A stretch of 64,000 bases of DNA, from contig JAFSBT010000004.1 in assembly GCA_017437145.1 (NCBI GenBank), positions 71,828-135,827 of the forward strand, given 5' to 3'. Under the pieces are notes generated by a model. The model was not told the DNA's origin and made no database searches. It saw nothing but the letters and a program-made list of their open reading frames with translations. The position numbers were made by a program, and so were the translations under genes. Within the stretch, counting starts at the first letter, position 1; each line of letters opens with the position of its first letter. This document shows, in pieces, positions 9,833 to 20,469 of the stretch. This DNA is from Clostridia bacterium. Lineage in GTDB: Bacteria; Bacillota; Clostridia; TANB77; CAG-508.

Positions 9833-10440
9833 TTATTTAGACATCACCTTTTTTGCCCATGTTCTTTTATTGCATTTTGGACATTTCATATATCTTGTTC
9901 TGCCAATATGTCTTGACCAAAAAACACTTTTGTATGTAGGAACATATTTCTCCCCACATTCTTTGCATTCATAATATCCTGCAATTTGTTCAATTTTAAG
10001 CATAAATGGTGTCGCAATTAAAAATGGAATTATACTAGTTAAAGTAATTACTGATGCCAACCATTCTTCCATTTTAACAGCTTCAATTATTATTAAAGAA
10101 ATAAAAAATGGCAAAAGTCCTAATATACCTATTAAAATTTCTGCATGAAGCAATCTTTTATCATTTTCTTCTTTCTGTTTTACCATTTCTAATAAATTTT
10201 TTTCTGCATTTTCATCATAATTTTTCATATCAATCATCTCCCCACTCAATAATTCATTTACACTTATTTTAAGTTCCTTGCACAAATCTAACATTATTGA
10301 AGAATCAGGCATTCCTTTTCCATTCTCCCATTTAGATATAGCTCTATCTGTTATATTTAATTTTTCTGCTAGTTGCATTTGAGTTAAATTGTTTTTTTTC
10401 TACACTCAGCTATAAATTTTTCGATTTTAATCTGATCCAT
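9833..10440 (-). pseudogene. XRE HTH - 2TM - zinc-ribbon regulator, frameshifted in an A8 tract
   Basis: ATG 10440 (AAGGAG RBS) MDQIKIEKFIAECRKK joins NLTQMQLAEKLNITDRAISKWENG if A8 (10392-10399) is A9. Confidence 0.75.
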
Positions 10441-10562
10441 ATTTCTACTCCTTTAAATTAAGTATAAACTAATTTTAAAGAAAATCTACAAACTAATCGT
10501 TGAGTGGGGTGTTTTTTTACTTTAACGATTATTTGAGTAATTAATTTGTTCCAAAATTAACT

Positions 10563-11525
10563 TTACTCTACCGTTATTTTAATATCTCCTGTGTCTGTGA
10601 TAATTTCGCATTTCTCATTTGCAATTACTTTCGGAACATCAATTCTACCAATACCGGTTTCAGTAAAAACAACTTTATCTGTAAGTAAACTTCCTACAAC
10701 ATCTCCTGTATCTGTTTTAATAAATATATCACTAGCATCACAATTTTCAAAATTTACATCTCCTGTGCCTCTCTCAATCGAAAATTTTTCTGTTGCAATT
10801 ACTTTTTTCATAAATATATCCCCCGTACTTCCGCTTGATAGAAGATTTTTACAATTGCTATTAACTATATTTGTCTTTCCTGTAGAAACATTAATTTCAA
10901 TATCTTCAGAACAAATTACATCCACTATATCTATTTGACCTGTTGAAGTAGAAAGTTCAAGCATACTAGCAATTATATTTTCAACATAAATATCGCCTGT
11001 ACTAGTCTTTACTTTTATATTTTCATATACAGGAGCATAATTTATTATATCTCCTGTATCCACTAAAATATCTATACTTGAAAATTTGAAATCTTTTGGT
11101 ATTTTTACATCTCCTGTACTGGTTCTTATTAAAAGTTCACCATATTCACTTTCAGGAAGATATATAGTTATTTTAGGTGTATTGAAATTTATACCTATGT
11201 ATTCATACCATTTTCTCGTATCAACGACCTCAATTACAAGGGTATTATCTTTCACTTCAACTGAGTGATTTACATTTTTTTGTTCGTTACAAACAACCAA
11301 ATTATTTAAATTTTCAGAAAGTATAAATTCAATATCTGCAGTATTAGTCTTAATTTTTATATCCTTAAACTCATCATTAATTTCGTATTTATTAGTTTCA
11401 AATATATTTGTTGATAATTTTGTAAAATCCCAATTTAATTTATTCATAACTACACAAAAAATCATACAACTAATCAATATTAGAAAGCTTGGTATAATAA
11501 TCCATAATTTTGTTTTTTTGCTCAT
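10563..11525 (-). CDS. DUF4097-type beta-strand repeat protein with N-terminal TM
   Basis: Repeated I.TSTGDI units; N-terminal hydrophobic anchor. Confidence 0.8.
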   Translation of the reverse strand: MSKKTKLWIIIPSFLILISCMIFCVVMNKLNWDFTKLSTNIFETNKYEINDEFKDIKIKTNTADIEFILSENLNNLVVCNEQKNVNHSVEVKDNTLVIEVVDTRKWYEYIGINFNTPKITIYLPESEYGELLIRTSTGDVKIPKDFKFSSIDILVDTGDIINYAPVYENIKVKTSTGDIYVENIIASMLELSTSTGQIDIVDVICSEDIEINVSTGKTNIVNSNCKNLLSSGSTGDIFMKKVIATEKFSIERGTGDVNFENCDASDIFIKTDTGDVVGSLLTDKVVFTETGIGRIDVPKVIANEKCEIITDTGDIKITVE

Positions 11526-11654
11526 ATACTCCCCCTCTTTTTGGAAAATAATTTTTAATTTATTATTTAATCAATAAATGGTTCAATATATTTTTGTATA
11601 AATTGAACTTGAACAAATACTAATGGTTTAAATGTACCGGTTTGACTTTGTAAA

Positions 11655-12011
11655 TTATCTTTTTAGTTCTCCATTATTAAATTTATTATCATAATCTCTT
11701 ATTTCTTCTTTATCTAGCATAGGTGTACTACTTACACCTTGTTTTATTATTTCCTTATCACGATATGTAAATGCGAAAATAACATTAGGCTCGCTTTTAA
11801 ATTCTACAAAGATTCTCCATTCATTATAAGATAGCAATTTATTTAAAAATGAATGTTCTATTTCAATATTTGTAATATCTTCTTCCATATATCCTTTTGT
11901 TTCCAAATAATCGTAAGTTTTATTTCTTATAATATTTCCAAATATTACTTTATAAGATAATATCATTGCTATAATTATAAATATTATAAATACAATATAT
12001 TTCTTTTTCAT
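11655..12011 (-). CDS. DUF3139-like membrane-anchored protein
   Basis: N-terminal TM, YLETKGY.EEDI, VEFKSEPNVIFAFTY. Confidence 0.65.
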   Translation of the reverse strand: MKKKYIVFIIFIIIAMILSYKVIFGNIIRNKTYDYLETKGYMEEDITNIEIEHSFLNKLLSYNEWRIFVEFKSEPNVIFAFTYRDKEIIKQGVSSTPMLDKEEIRDYDNKFNNGELKR

Positions 12012-12062
12012 AAAATCAACTCACTTTCAAATTGCTATTTTTATCCCCTTCATTGTACCACA

Positions 12063-12090
12063 AATGTCAATAGGTCCAGGACAGTTGCTA
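12063..12090. repeat. TGTCAA..TTGACA repeat, degenerate copy in reverse orientation
   Basis: AATGTCAATAGG is the reverse complement of the CCTATTGACATT arm. Confidence 0.45.
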
Positions 12091-12215
12091 CTATGTAAAA
12101 TTAGACAAAGTATAAATAATATGATATAATTTAAAAGTAAACACATTTTGTTTTCCCTCGTGTTTACACATATTAACTTACCCATAATAAAAAAATTTTT
12201 TGGAGGTTTTACACA

Positions 12216-12407
12216 ATGAAGAAAGAAAAAAAGTATGAGGCCACTATTGCCTCTAGAGACAGGAACACAGGTACTGTTACAACCATTTCCTTTTTTGCTC
12301 GCAATAAAAAAGATGCAAAAAAAATTGCGAACGAAAAATGTGATTCTATGGAATTCCTGTACTGTCCGGACATTTTTTTCGTCTCCGATGTTCATAAAGT
12401 TAAATGA
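12216..12407 (+). CDS. Small hypothetical protein
   Basis: GGAGG RBS, 63 aa, followed by a strong terminator. Confidence 0.6.
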   Translation: MKKEKKYEATIASRDRNTGTVTTISFFARNKKDAKKIANEKCDSMEFLYCPDIFFVSDVHKVK

Positions 12408-12412
12408 ATATC

Positions 12413-12451
12413 AAAAAGGGGATGAGCTTAACCGCTCGTCCCCTTTTTTTT
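12413..12451 (+). terminator. Bidirectional intrinsic terminator
   Basis: AAAAAGGGGATGAGC-ttaacc-GCTCGTCCCCTTTTTTTT. Confidence 0.75.
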
Positions 12452-12455
12452 ACTT

Positions 12456-12486
12456 AATGTCGAAATGCTCCATACCTATTGACATT
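12456..12486. repeat. TGTCAA..TTGACA repeat copy
   Basis: AATGTCGAAATGCTCCATACCTATTGACATT, overlapping the stop codon of the 12485-12928 gene. Confidence 0.65.
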
Positions 12487-12928
12487 ACTTTATTTTAAAA
12501 ATACTTTTTAGCTTGTCTAATATCCTTTGTATAAAACTTCTTTCTTTGCATTCTACTAATTCTTGAGTTTCTTCTTTAATTTGTTCATTTCTTTTATTTT
12601 TGAACAAATTATCGGTATTATATTTTTCTTGAATGTCTTTTTCATACTTTTCGTTATTAGATAAGTATTGCATATATAAATCATTTTTAACTTTTTTATT
12701 AGGGCACCAATATTGATAATTAAGTATAGCAATTAAAACCATAGCATTTTTACTTAAGTAATTTTTATCTATTGGATTTGATTTATTAATATTAACTTCA
12801 TAATTATCAAGTTTTTCAGTTTCAAACAGTTTTAAGATTTTCTTAGGAATTTTTTCAACATATTCCACAGGCATATTCTGTAAAACTGTATATACTTCTG
12901 AATAAGCTTGTCTAGTTTCAAAAGTCAT
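12485..12928 (-). CDS. Hypothetical protein, paralog of 37282-37716
   Basis: Shared pattern YSE...L......KIP......., AIL...Y.C, and C-terminal SFI.+I..K+K.+F+. Confidence 0.75.
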   Translation of the reverse strand: MTFETRQAYSEVYTVLQNMPVEYVEKIPKKILKLFETEKLDNYEVNINKSNPIDKNYLSKNAMVLIAILNYQYWCPNKKVKNDLYMQYLSNNEKYEKDIQEKYNTDNLFKNKRNEQIKEETQELVECKERSFIQRILDKLKSIFKIK

Positions 12929-12934
12929 TTGATT

Positions 12935-13156
12935 TCAACCTTTCTTTATAATACTTTTTGCTTCGAATGGTAATTCTAAACTGTACTTTTTATTTATTTG
13001 ATTAATTATTTCTTCATCTATTACAATTTTATTGTTAATTACAAATACCTTTTTATCTTCTTCATTTAAACACATAGTTATCTTTTCATATTCAGAATCA
13101 TCAAATTCCAATAACACTAATAATTCTTTATTATCTATATTAATTTTATTTGCCAT
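12935..13156 (-). CDS. Hypothetical protein
   Basis: 73-aa ORF overlapping the stop of the upstream gene. Confidence 0.55.
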   Translation of the reverse strand: MANKINIDNKELLVLLEFDDSEYEKITMCLNEEDKKVFVINNKIVIDEEIINQINKKYSLELPFEAKSIIKKG

Positions 13157-14901
13157 CGATATCTTCTCCTGTTAAATTTTGTTCTGTTTTAGGAGTTACA
13201 CCCCCTAATGCTATGTGCGTACTATCAGCTAATTGCATCATTTCTTTTATTGATACATCTGCAGTTTGGTTCTGTAATTGAATGTCCAATTCAGACATAT
13301 CATCTGTAAGTCTACGTTCTTCTCCGAATTGGCTCTTCCTGTAGCATTCCATTAGCACCGACTGTATAATATTCCTCTAACTCTTTACCATCTATTATGT
13401 ATTTCATTCTTATTAAATTATCAAAAATAGTAATTTTACTACTATATTTTTTACCATCTTTTTCCGCTTTTCTCACTAACTCCTTTAATTGATAACACAA
13501 TACATCTATTTGAGTTCCTGGTAAAATTTGTCTATCTCTTGTACTTTCTATAAAATCATTTTCAAATGGATTAAAATCTAGCGTTTCTCCAAATATAGTT
13601 TTTTCCCCTTGAATATCAGCAAGAAAATCATCAGTTTTTCCACTAACTCCATAATAATTTCCTACTCTAAAATATTTTGAGTTTTTTAAATTTTCATCTA
13701 AATCTTCTAGCGATGAAACTCTATATGGCATACTTAATGTAAATAGTCGTTTTTTTGAAAATAATTCTTCCGAAATTCTTCCACTTGCAACACATAATTC
13801 ATATGCTTTGTCCTGCCATCCCCAAGTATATTTTTGCATTAAATATAAATAATGCTCCAACTGTTCTTCTACAGTTAACTCTTCTAAACCACTTTTTGAA
13901 AAAAGAATATTATCAACAATTTCACCTGGCATATATGCTTCTTTATCTTCTCTAATTTGTCGAAGAAGTTCTAGCTTTCTACTAAAATCAATAGTATCAT
14001 CATTAACTAATTCTCTAAGTACTTTTTTTGTTATATCTTCCTTTATAGAAGTTGGTATACATTTTTTCATTATATCAATCTTTTTTATCATGTCTGGTTC
14101 TCTATCTATAATTGTTTTTACTATTCCTAAAAAAGTCTTGTGTAATTCTTTTGTTATTTCCCTACGTAACATCAATCCATTTCTATCTAATTCTTTATTT
14201 CTATTTAAAATTTCTAATTTATCGGATAATGCTAATATCTTTCTTATATCTTCATTTATTTTAGTTCCTAATTCTTTTCCATATTTTGAAATAGCTAAAT
14301 CTTTAAAAATATCATATGGATTTATTTGAAAATATTTTTCTATTTCTTCATCACAATATATTTTTATTAATTCATCTTGTCCTAGTATTATACTTAATAG
14401 TCTACTAGTATCCTGCTCATTTTCATATCCACTTATTTTTTCCTTTTTCGCAATATTCATGGCCAATATATGTGTCATTCCTTCAGAAACGCCTGTATTA
14501 AACTTTGATTCAAGAACATATGTCTCAGTTTTACTATCATATACGTAAACGCTTAATTGAAATCCAATTTTACAATATAGTTTATCACCAACTATTTTTA
14601 CATTTAATCCTATAACATGTGTGTTCTCATGATTAACCAACATTTTTTGACTATCTTCGTCCAATTTATTAAGTTTATCTAAATCTAAGTTTAAATTCCC
14701 CCACACTCTATCAGTATCTTCTACTCTAAAAAAATGGTATGACCCTTGTCCAAAGCTTTCTGGTTCAAACGTAACACCTAATATATTTTTATTAAGTTTT
14801 TCCCTAATTCTGTCTGTAGTCATTGCCTGTCTAAACACGTTATTATCCTCAAGCTGTTCCATAAAATATTCAATTAGTTCCTCTTTGGTCATTCTTTTCA
14901 T
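13146..14901 (-). CDS. Putative zincin-like metallopeptidase; one gene via a +1 shift at CGG 13326-13324
   Basis: HENTH and downstream SEGMT (gluzincin-like). The 529-aa ORF joins the 70-aa ORF at ATT-CGGA-GAA-GAA. Confidence 0.6.
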
Positions 14902-15075
14902 ATATTTAACCTCATATTTATTATCTAAAAGTATTATAACATATAAATTTTAAGTTTTATTATAATTTTTAACTATTATTTAAAATTTTGTGTGGATAAA
15001 ATAACTAGACCCCAAGCAGTTTTATACATCTTTTCTCACTTTTCAAAAAAAGACTAGTTCATTTTGAACTAATCT

Positions 15076-15672
15076 TTAATTTGTATTTATAATTTTATAA
15101 TCATTTCTATCATTTACAATAACTGCTTGGTCATTACTAAGTTTTATAAATTTTAAATTACTATTTTCATTGATAATTTCATCTGCTAATTTCGTATATT
15201 TTTCTTTACTATTATAATGAGGCAAAATATATGCATCAATTAAATTCATAGCATTATAATCTTTTAATAATGGTGCTTGTGTTTTATCATCAAGTTTTTC
15301 AACATATTCGATAGAAGGACAAGCTATACAAGAACCCGCACTTGAACCAACATATATTTTGCTATTTGCAAATTCTATTAAATCTTCTAACACTTTTTTC
15401 ATCTTTAACTGTTGAAGTAAATAGAAACAATTCCCACCTGCAACAAATATGGCATCTACAGAATTAAATTTCTCTATAATGCTATCTTTATCCTCATTTG
15501 TAATATCAATATCTATTATCTTGAAATTCATATTTGCTAAATCTTTTTTATCTTTTTCCATATACCATCTATCATCATCTAGTTCAGAAGCAGTAGCAAT
15601 AAACCCAATTTTAGCACCCTGTTCTATATATTTTGTAATAATTTCTTTATTGCTTGATAACAATATTTTCAT
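15076..15672 (-). CDS. Peptidase S51 (dipeptidase E / type 1 GATase-like)
   Basis: IFVAGGNCFYLL, YVGSSAGS, ILPHY. Confidence 0.88.
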   Translation of the reverse strand: MKILLSSNKEIITKYIEQGAKIGFIATASELDDDRWYMEKDKKDLANMNFKIIDIDITNEDKDSIIEKFNSVDAIFVAGGNCFYLLQQLKMKKVLEDLIEFANSKIYVGSSAGSCIACPSIEYVEKLDDKTQAPLLKDYNAMNLIDAYILPHYNSKEKYTKLADEIINENSNLKFIKLSNDQAVIVNDRNDYKIINTN

Positions 15673-15880
15673 ATACCCCAACTCACTTTCAAATTGCTAG
15701 TTATTTTTTTACATTATATCATACTTTTTATTATAAGACACATTCTTTTAATTCTAGGTATAAAAATAACCTAATTTTAAAAAAATAATATGAAATAAAT
15801 TTTAGTATTGTATTTCATATTATTTATTATATTGGTCGAATTTCGTATTATACTTTTATATTTTTAATCTATTATTTCTT

Positions 15881-15958
15881 GTGTCAAAATGCCCCGTCCC
15901 TATTGACACTAACTATATTATGTGTCAAAATTTTCAGTCCCATTTAACACATTTGACA
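15881..15958. repeat. Two tandem TGTCAA..TTGACA repeat copies
   Basis: GTGTCAAAATGCCCCGTCCCTATTGACAC (15881-15909) and a degenerate GTGTCAAAATTTTCAGTCCCATTTAACAC..TTGACA (15922-15958). Confidence 0.75.
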
Positions 15959-15965
15959 TTTTCTA

Positions 15966-16973
15966 CTATACTAAATCCAATTCTTCTATATCTAATTTAC
16001 CATTTTTAATATCATTAACATATTCTTCAAATGTATTTCTAACTACTTTAACATTCTTATCAACTAAATCTTTTGTCCATATTTCTTCATTTCGGATATA
16101 TGGTTGTATGCCACAAAATATACTGTGATCTGCAAATACAATTCTAGGATTATCTAGAGATGAATTTAAATCCATACATATTACATCTCCACCACTAGTA
16201 CCATTTATAACAATATATCCAAATTTAGATATAATTGCACCTGGTGCCATCGTGGAACTTTCGTAAGCCATTTCTTTAAAATTAGTAATAATATTTTTGT
16301 TTAATAATTCATCATATTCTTTTTCAAATATATTTTTTACATAACCATTTAGTTGAACATCTAATTTTTTTTGCATAAATATTTTTGACCATAATACATT
16401 ATTATTTTTTATAAAATCAAGAGTCTCATTAAATGATTTAATATCAATTGATTTATAATCTATTATTTTTCTATATTTTTCATTACTATAAATTATTTCT
16501 AAATCGCCATCTACAAAACCACAGCATACAGCATGAGACTGTTCTAATTTTTCTTTATATTTTCCAACATACATATATTTTCTAACTAATTTTATGACAT
16601 CACATTCTACATCTTTATATTTACCTTTTGAATATTCATTATCTAACACATATGTATTATTCCTTGATGAAAACATTTCGTCACAAGCCCAATTATCATT
16701 ATCCTTATCGTAACTAGATGAGCCAATTAATTCTAATCTATATTTTTCATCGCTGTCTTCATAAATATTGAAATTAAATGCTATTACATCATTACTTATT
16801 TCTTCTTTTAAAACATTATCTAGCCAATCATTAAATAAGTTTTTTTCGTTTAAACTAACATTTTCACTTTTTTTCTTCTCTTGTATTTTAGACTGAATAA
16901 ATTTTTTCGTAATAAAGACTGGAAGTCTTGTTAAAATATCAAATATTCCCATAACATACTCCTTTGAAATCAA
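15966..16973 (-). CDS. Hypothetical two-domain protein; C-terminal half SMI1/KNR4 (immunity)-like
   Basis: C-terminal GYIVINGTSGGDVICMDL...RIVFADH...NTFEEYV resembles SUKH immunity folds. Confidence 0.5.
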   Translation of the reverse strand: MISKEYVMGIFDILTRLPVFITKKFIQSKIQEKKKSENVSLNEKNLFNDWLDNVLKEEISNDVIAFNFNIYEDSDEKYRLELIGSSSYDKDNDNWACDEMFSSRNNTYVLDNEYSKGKYKDVECDVIKLVRKYMYVGKYKEKLEQSHAVCCGFVDGDLEIIYSNEKYRKIIDYKSIDIKSFNETLDFIKNNNVLWSKIFMQKKLDVQLNGYVKNIFEKEYDELLNKNIITNFKEMAYESSTMAPGAIISKFGYIVINGTSGGDVICMDLNSSLDNPRIVFADHSIFCGIQPYIRNEEIWTKDLVDKNVKVVRNTFEEYVNDIKNGKLDIEELDLV

Positions 16974-17330
16974 TTATTGCTACTAAGACTGATGCAATTT
17001 TGTACACTTTCACCTTTCTTTTTTAGTCTAATTATTGCTATTATTGCTGAAATTAATTGTAAAACTTCTTGTACAGCTCCTACATATGCCATTACAATAA
17101 TATCATAAATAGCCCATCCCAATCCTGCAATACCTACTGTTCCTTTTAAGATTTTCACATTATTTTGCCATAATCCATATGTATGAATAACTGTCACAAT
17201 TAATGGAATTATACTATAAATATCTTGCCAACTAAATATACTAGATATTATTGTTAATACCGTAAAAATAATAAATACTCTTAATGATGGTTTCATATTT
17301 TTCTTTTCATAATAATAAAAAACAAAACTT
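16970..17330 (-). pseudogene. 5'-truncated YgjV-like membrane protein
   Basis: Only the C-terminal TM part is present; the open frame starts without a start codon just after the upstream gene's stop and a stranded AGGAGG RBS. Confidence 0.55.
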
Positions 17331-17346
17331 CTTACTTTTCTACCTC

Positions 17347-17808
17347 CTAAAATATATTTAAATCTTTTTTCATTATTAGTTTATCATATTCAAATCTTTG
17401 TCCTGTATATATTTTTATGGCCTCCGGATTATTGCTTGAAAGTTTAATTTTACTAATATTATTTTTCTTAGCATATTCTATACACTCTTTTATAAGATTA
17501 GTTTGTATTCCTTTTCTTCTATATTCTTTCAAAGTAAATACATTGCATATGTATCCTTCATTTCCACTTTTTACGCATTGAGGCATATAGTTTATAATCT
17601 GTAGTCCACAAGTTGCAATTATTTTATTATCTTTAATTTCTATAAAAAAGATTATATCTTTGTTCAAATGTTCTTCTAAATATTTCTTAGTTATCATATA
17701 AAATTCATCATCTTTATCCGGATATAATTCTTTCCAATCTTCTTTTTGTTGTATTACTCTCAATTTTGATAATTCTTCTATATTTTCATTTTTAGCTATA
17801 GTAATCAT
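17347..17808 (-). CDS. GNAT family N-acetyltransferase
   Basis: GYICNVFTLKEYRRKGIQ. Confidence 0.88.
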   Translation of the reverse strand: MITIAKNENIEELSKLRVIQQKEDWKELYPDKDDEFYMITKKYLEEHLNKDIIFFIEIKDNKIIATCGLQIINYMPQCVKSGNEGYICNVFTLKEYRRKGIQTNLIKECIEYAKKNNISKIKLSSNNPEAIKIYTGQRFEYDKLIMKKDLNIF

Positions 17809-17931
17809 TTTTCTCCTTAAAAATTAAATTTTTTTATATGTTGCTGTTAAATTTTTTATTTCCATTATACCACAAATATTTTAAAATAAATATCTTTCAT
17901 AAACTTTCACTATTTTTAAGATAAAAAAAAT

Positions 17932-17960
17932 AATGTCAAAATGCCCCGCCCTATTGACAC
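17932..17960. repeat. TGTCAA..TTGACA repeat copy at the cargo boundary
   Basis: AATGTCAAAATGCCCCGCCCTATTGACAC. Confidence 0.75.
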
Positions 17961-18576
17961 TTTAGGTTTAATGAATGATTTTCCTGTAAATAAATACTTT
18001 TGTTTAGATAAAAAAATAGTATTAAAAGATTATAACTATATTGGAAATTCAGATTGTACAACTATATTAGGTCGTGAAGACTATTTTAAAATATTCTTCC
18101 CTAAGTGTACTGATAAAGAACTAAATGAACTTATAGAAAAATCAATTAAATTAGCAGAAACATCTGCTATGCAAAAACATATAAAATCTGATTTAAATAA
18201 ACTTTTAATTGGTTCAAATTGGTACTGCGAACCTTTAGATATGTTTATTCAATATGTTAAATATATGTATAATTTATTAAATGCAATAATAAATAAAGAA
18301 GATACAGTAGAAACAAAATATAATGCTTTTGAAGTTAATCATATAAATATGTTCTTAACTCAAAAAGAAATTGTAAACATAGAAATTCCTATTACATCTT
18401 TAAAACAATTTATAGATTTTTATTTTGCTAGAACTGTATCAAGAGATGTTAATTTATTAAAGATTTGTAAGTTCTGTAATAAGGCTTTTATTGCTAATAA
18501 TCCTAAAGCAGAATATGATACACCTCAATGTAAAAATAAAGCTAATGTATATAAAAGTAGAGCAAAAAATAAATAG
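17941..18576 (+). CDS. CGNR-type zinc-finger protein, probably 5'-truncated
   Basis: C-terminal KICKFCNKAFIANNPKAEYDTPQCKNKANV.K.R; the ATG lies inside the repeat and has no RBS. Confidence 0.6.
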   Translation: MPRPIDTLGLMNDFPVNKYFCLDKKIVLKDYNYIGNSDCTTILGREDYFKIFFPKCTDKELNELIEKSIKLAETSAMQKHIKSDLNKLLIGSNWYCEPLDMFIQYVKYMYNLLNAIINKEDTVETKYNAFEVNHINMFLTQKEIVNIEIPITSLKQFIDFYFARTVSRDVNLLKICKFCNKAFIANNPKAEYDTPQCKNKANVYKSRAKNK

Positions 18577-18582
18577 TAGCAG

Positions 18583-20394
18583 TTAATTGCTACTATTTAT
18601 TTCTTCATATATCTGATAAATTTTCTTAAACTTCTCAGATTCTTTACTATTTTTTTCTATTTCTTGTTTAAACCCTATACCATATTTTTCCCTCAATTTA
18701 TCAAAAAACAAATTAATTAATTCTTTGTCCCTTTTTAAAATTTTTTCAAGATCATATTTTTCTAATGTACTAACTAGAATAAATATGCTAGAGAAATCTA
18801 TCTTGTCATTATTTAATAACATAATTGCATTATTTCTAAAATTTTCATTATATGTTAACAAACAAAGCATATCATCAATATCCAATATTTCAATATCCAA
18901 ATCAGAATTAGTACAATTTTTAATTGAAATATACTTTCTTTTATATTCTGAAATAAATTTTTGATGCAATTCGTTTAATTCATAATGACTCTCTTCTAAA
19001 TTTCGCCATATTTTTGATAATTTAGTATTGCTACACCACATCGCATCTATATCAGATAAGCAACCATATTGAGCCTCTCTTCTATTTTTGCTTCTCTTAG
19101 CAAAAAACAATCCAATACTTTCATATTCTTTTATTTCTTCAACATATCTATCCAAATTAATAAATAAATTCGTATAATATATACTAATTTTTTCATTTAT
19201 TTCATCATTAAAAATATAATCTATTTCAAATAGAAATACCATAAAATTAATATAGTTGTATAATATTTTATACAAAATTCTTATATTATTATTTCCAGAT
19301 AATCTCCATATGATTTCTGAAGGTTGTTTTATCTCTTCAAGTATATTAGCAAATTCTTTTTTATATTGTTCTGATATTATTTCTTTTTCTATGATTTCAT
19401 TCCATATATCCTTAAATATCTTTTCTTTTGGAATTATTGTATACTTTTTGCAACCTAATTTAGAAATAAAAGTATCATATACATAGTTTGGTACCATTTC
19501 GCTTTCATTTCCTATAATTATAACTTTCATTTTATACTTTTCAATTAATTCATCTATTATTCCTACAACAATATCATATTTACCAATAGCATTTTCATAA
19601 TTAGTCTTGGTAGTTCCTAATTGTCTACCATATCGTACCCATTCTATACGTTCAAAATTATCAAAAATGAAAATAGAATTCTTTTTTATGTTATTAATAT
19701 CATACCTTTTTTCTAATATTTTTTTCAAAAACAATCCTATTATTGAAATTTCACCTATTAAATAAATAATATAACTAAAAAAACTATTCTCCTCATTTTC
19801 GCAAGACTGTTTTATTCTATCCATTAATAATTCTTTAGTAGTAATACCAAAACATGAAATTTTATATATTTTTTGTTTTGAATATCTATAATACAAATTT
19901 ATAAACTTATTTACAATGTATGTTTTTCCAGCTCCCCATGCCCCTGATATAAAGATCGGTAAATTGTTTTCTTTGTCACTAAAATAATTATACATATTCT
20001 TATATAACTCTTTTATGTTTCTATCAATACTATTTGATAACATCATTTTATCATATTCTCTTTTTTCTTTATTTCTACAACATTTTATATATATCTTTTT
20101 TATTATTAAATATATAAAGCTCAAACAACTATATATTAATGCAATTTGTAGTATACTTCTAGAAATACATTTAACAAACATTATTATTTTATTTAAATAT
20201 ATTTCGTTAAACCCCATAAATACTAAAAGACTTTTTATTTGATTTTTAAATTGTCTTATCAAAATAATTACTATGCATGATATAAATATGATTTTACTTA
20301 CAAACATAATAATACCTTGAAATTTCTCTTTTAAATTCATACTAAATGTTTTAATATGTTCAAATATTTTTTTCATTTTTATTTCTCCAATCAA
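18583..20394 (-). CDS. KAP-family P-loop NTPase with N-terminal TM segments
   Basis: ISGAWGAGKT Walker A, IFIFDNFER Walker B. Confidence 0.82.
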   Translation of the reverse strand: MIGEIKMKKIFEHIKTFSMNLKEKFQGIIMFVSKIIFISCIVIILIRQFKNQIKSLLVFMGFNEIYLNKIIMFVKCISRSILQIALIYSCLSFIYLIIKKIYIKCCRNKEKREYDKMMLSNSIDRNIKELYKNMYNYFSDKENNLPIFISGAWGAGKTYIVNKFINLYYRYSKQKIYKISCFGITTKELLMDRIKQSCENEENSFFSYIIYLIGEISIIGLFLKKILEKRYDINNIKKNSIFIFDNFERIEWVRYGRQLGTTKTNYENAIGKYDIVVGIIDELIEKYKMKVIIIGNESEMVPNYVYDTFISKLGCKKYTIIPKEKIFKDIWNEIIEKEIISEQYKKEFANILEEIKQPSEIIWRLSGNNNIRILYKILYNYINFMVFLFEIDYIFNDEINEKISIYYTNLFINLDRYVEEIKEYESIGLFFAKRSKNRREAQYGCLSDIDAMWCSNTKLSKIWRNLEESHYELNELHQKFISEYKRKYISIKNCTNSDLDIEILDIDDMLCLLTYNENFRNNAIMLLNNDKIDFSSIFILVSTLEKYDLEKILKRDKELINLFFDKLREKYGIGFKQEIEKNSKESEKFKKIYQIYEEINSSN

Positions 20395-20469
20395 AAAAGA
20401 TAGGCACTACTTCCCTATCTTTTCTTTCGTTTTTTTCGCATTATATCACATAAAAATTAAATATTCAAT

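Noticed and set aside
9753-17960. TGTCAA repeats as a CRISPR array
   Set aside because: Spacing is gene-sized and irregular, and there are no cas genes.
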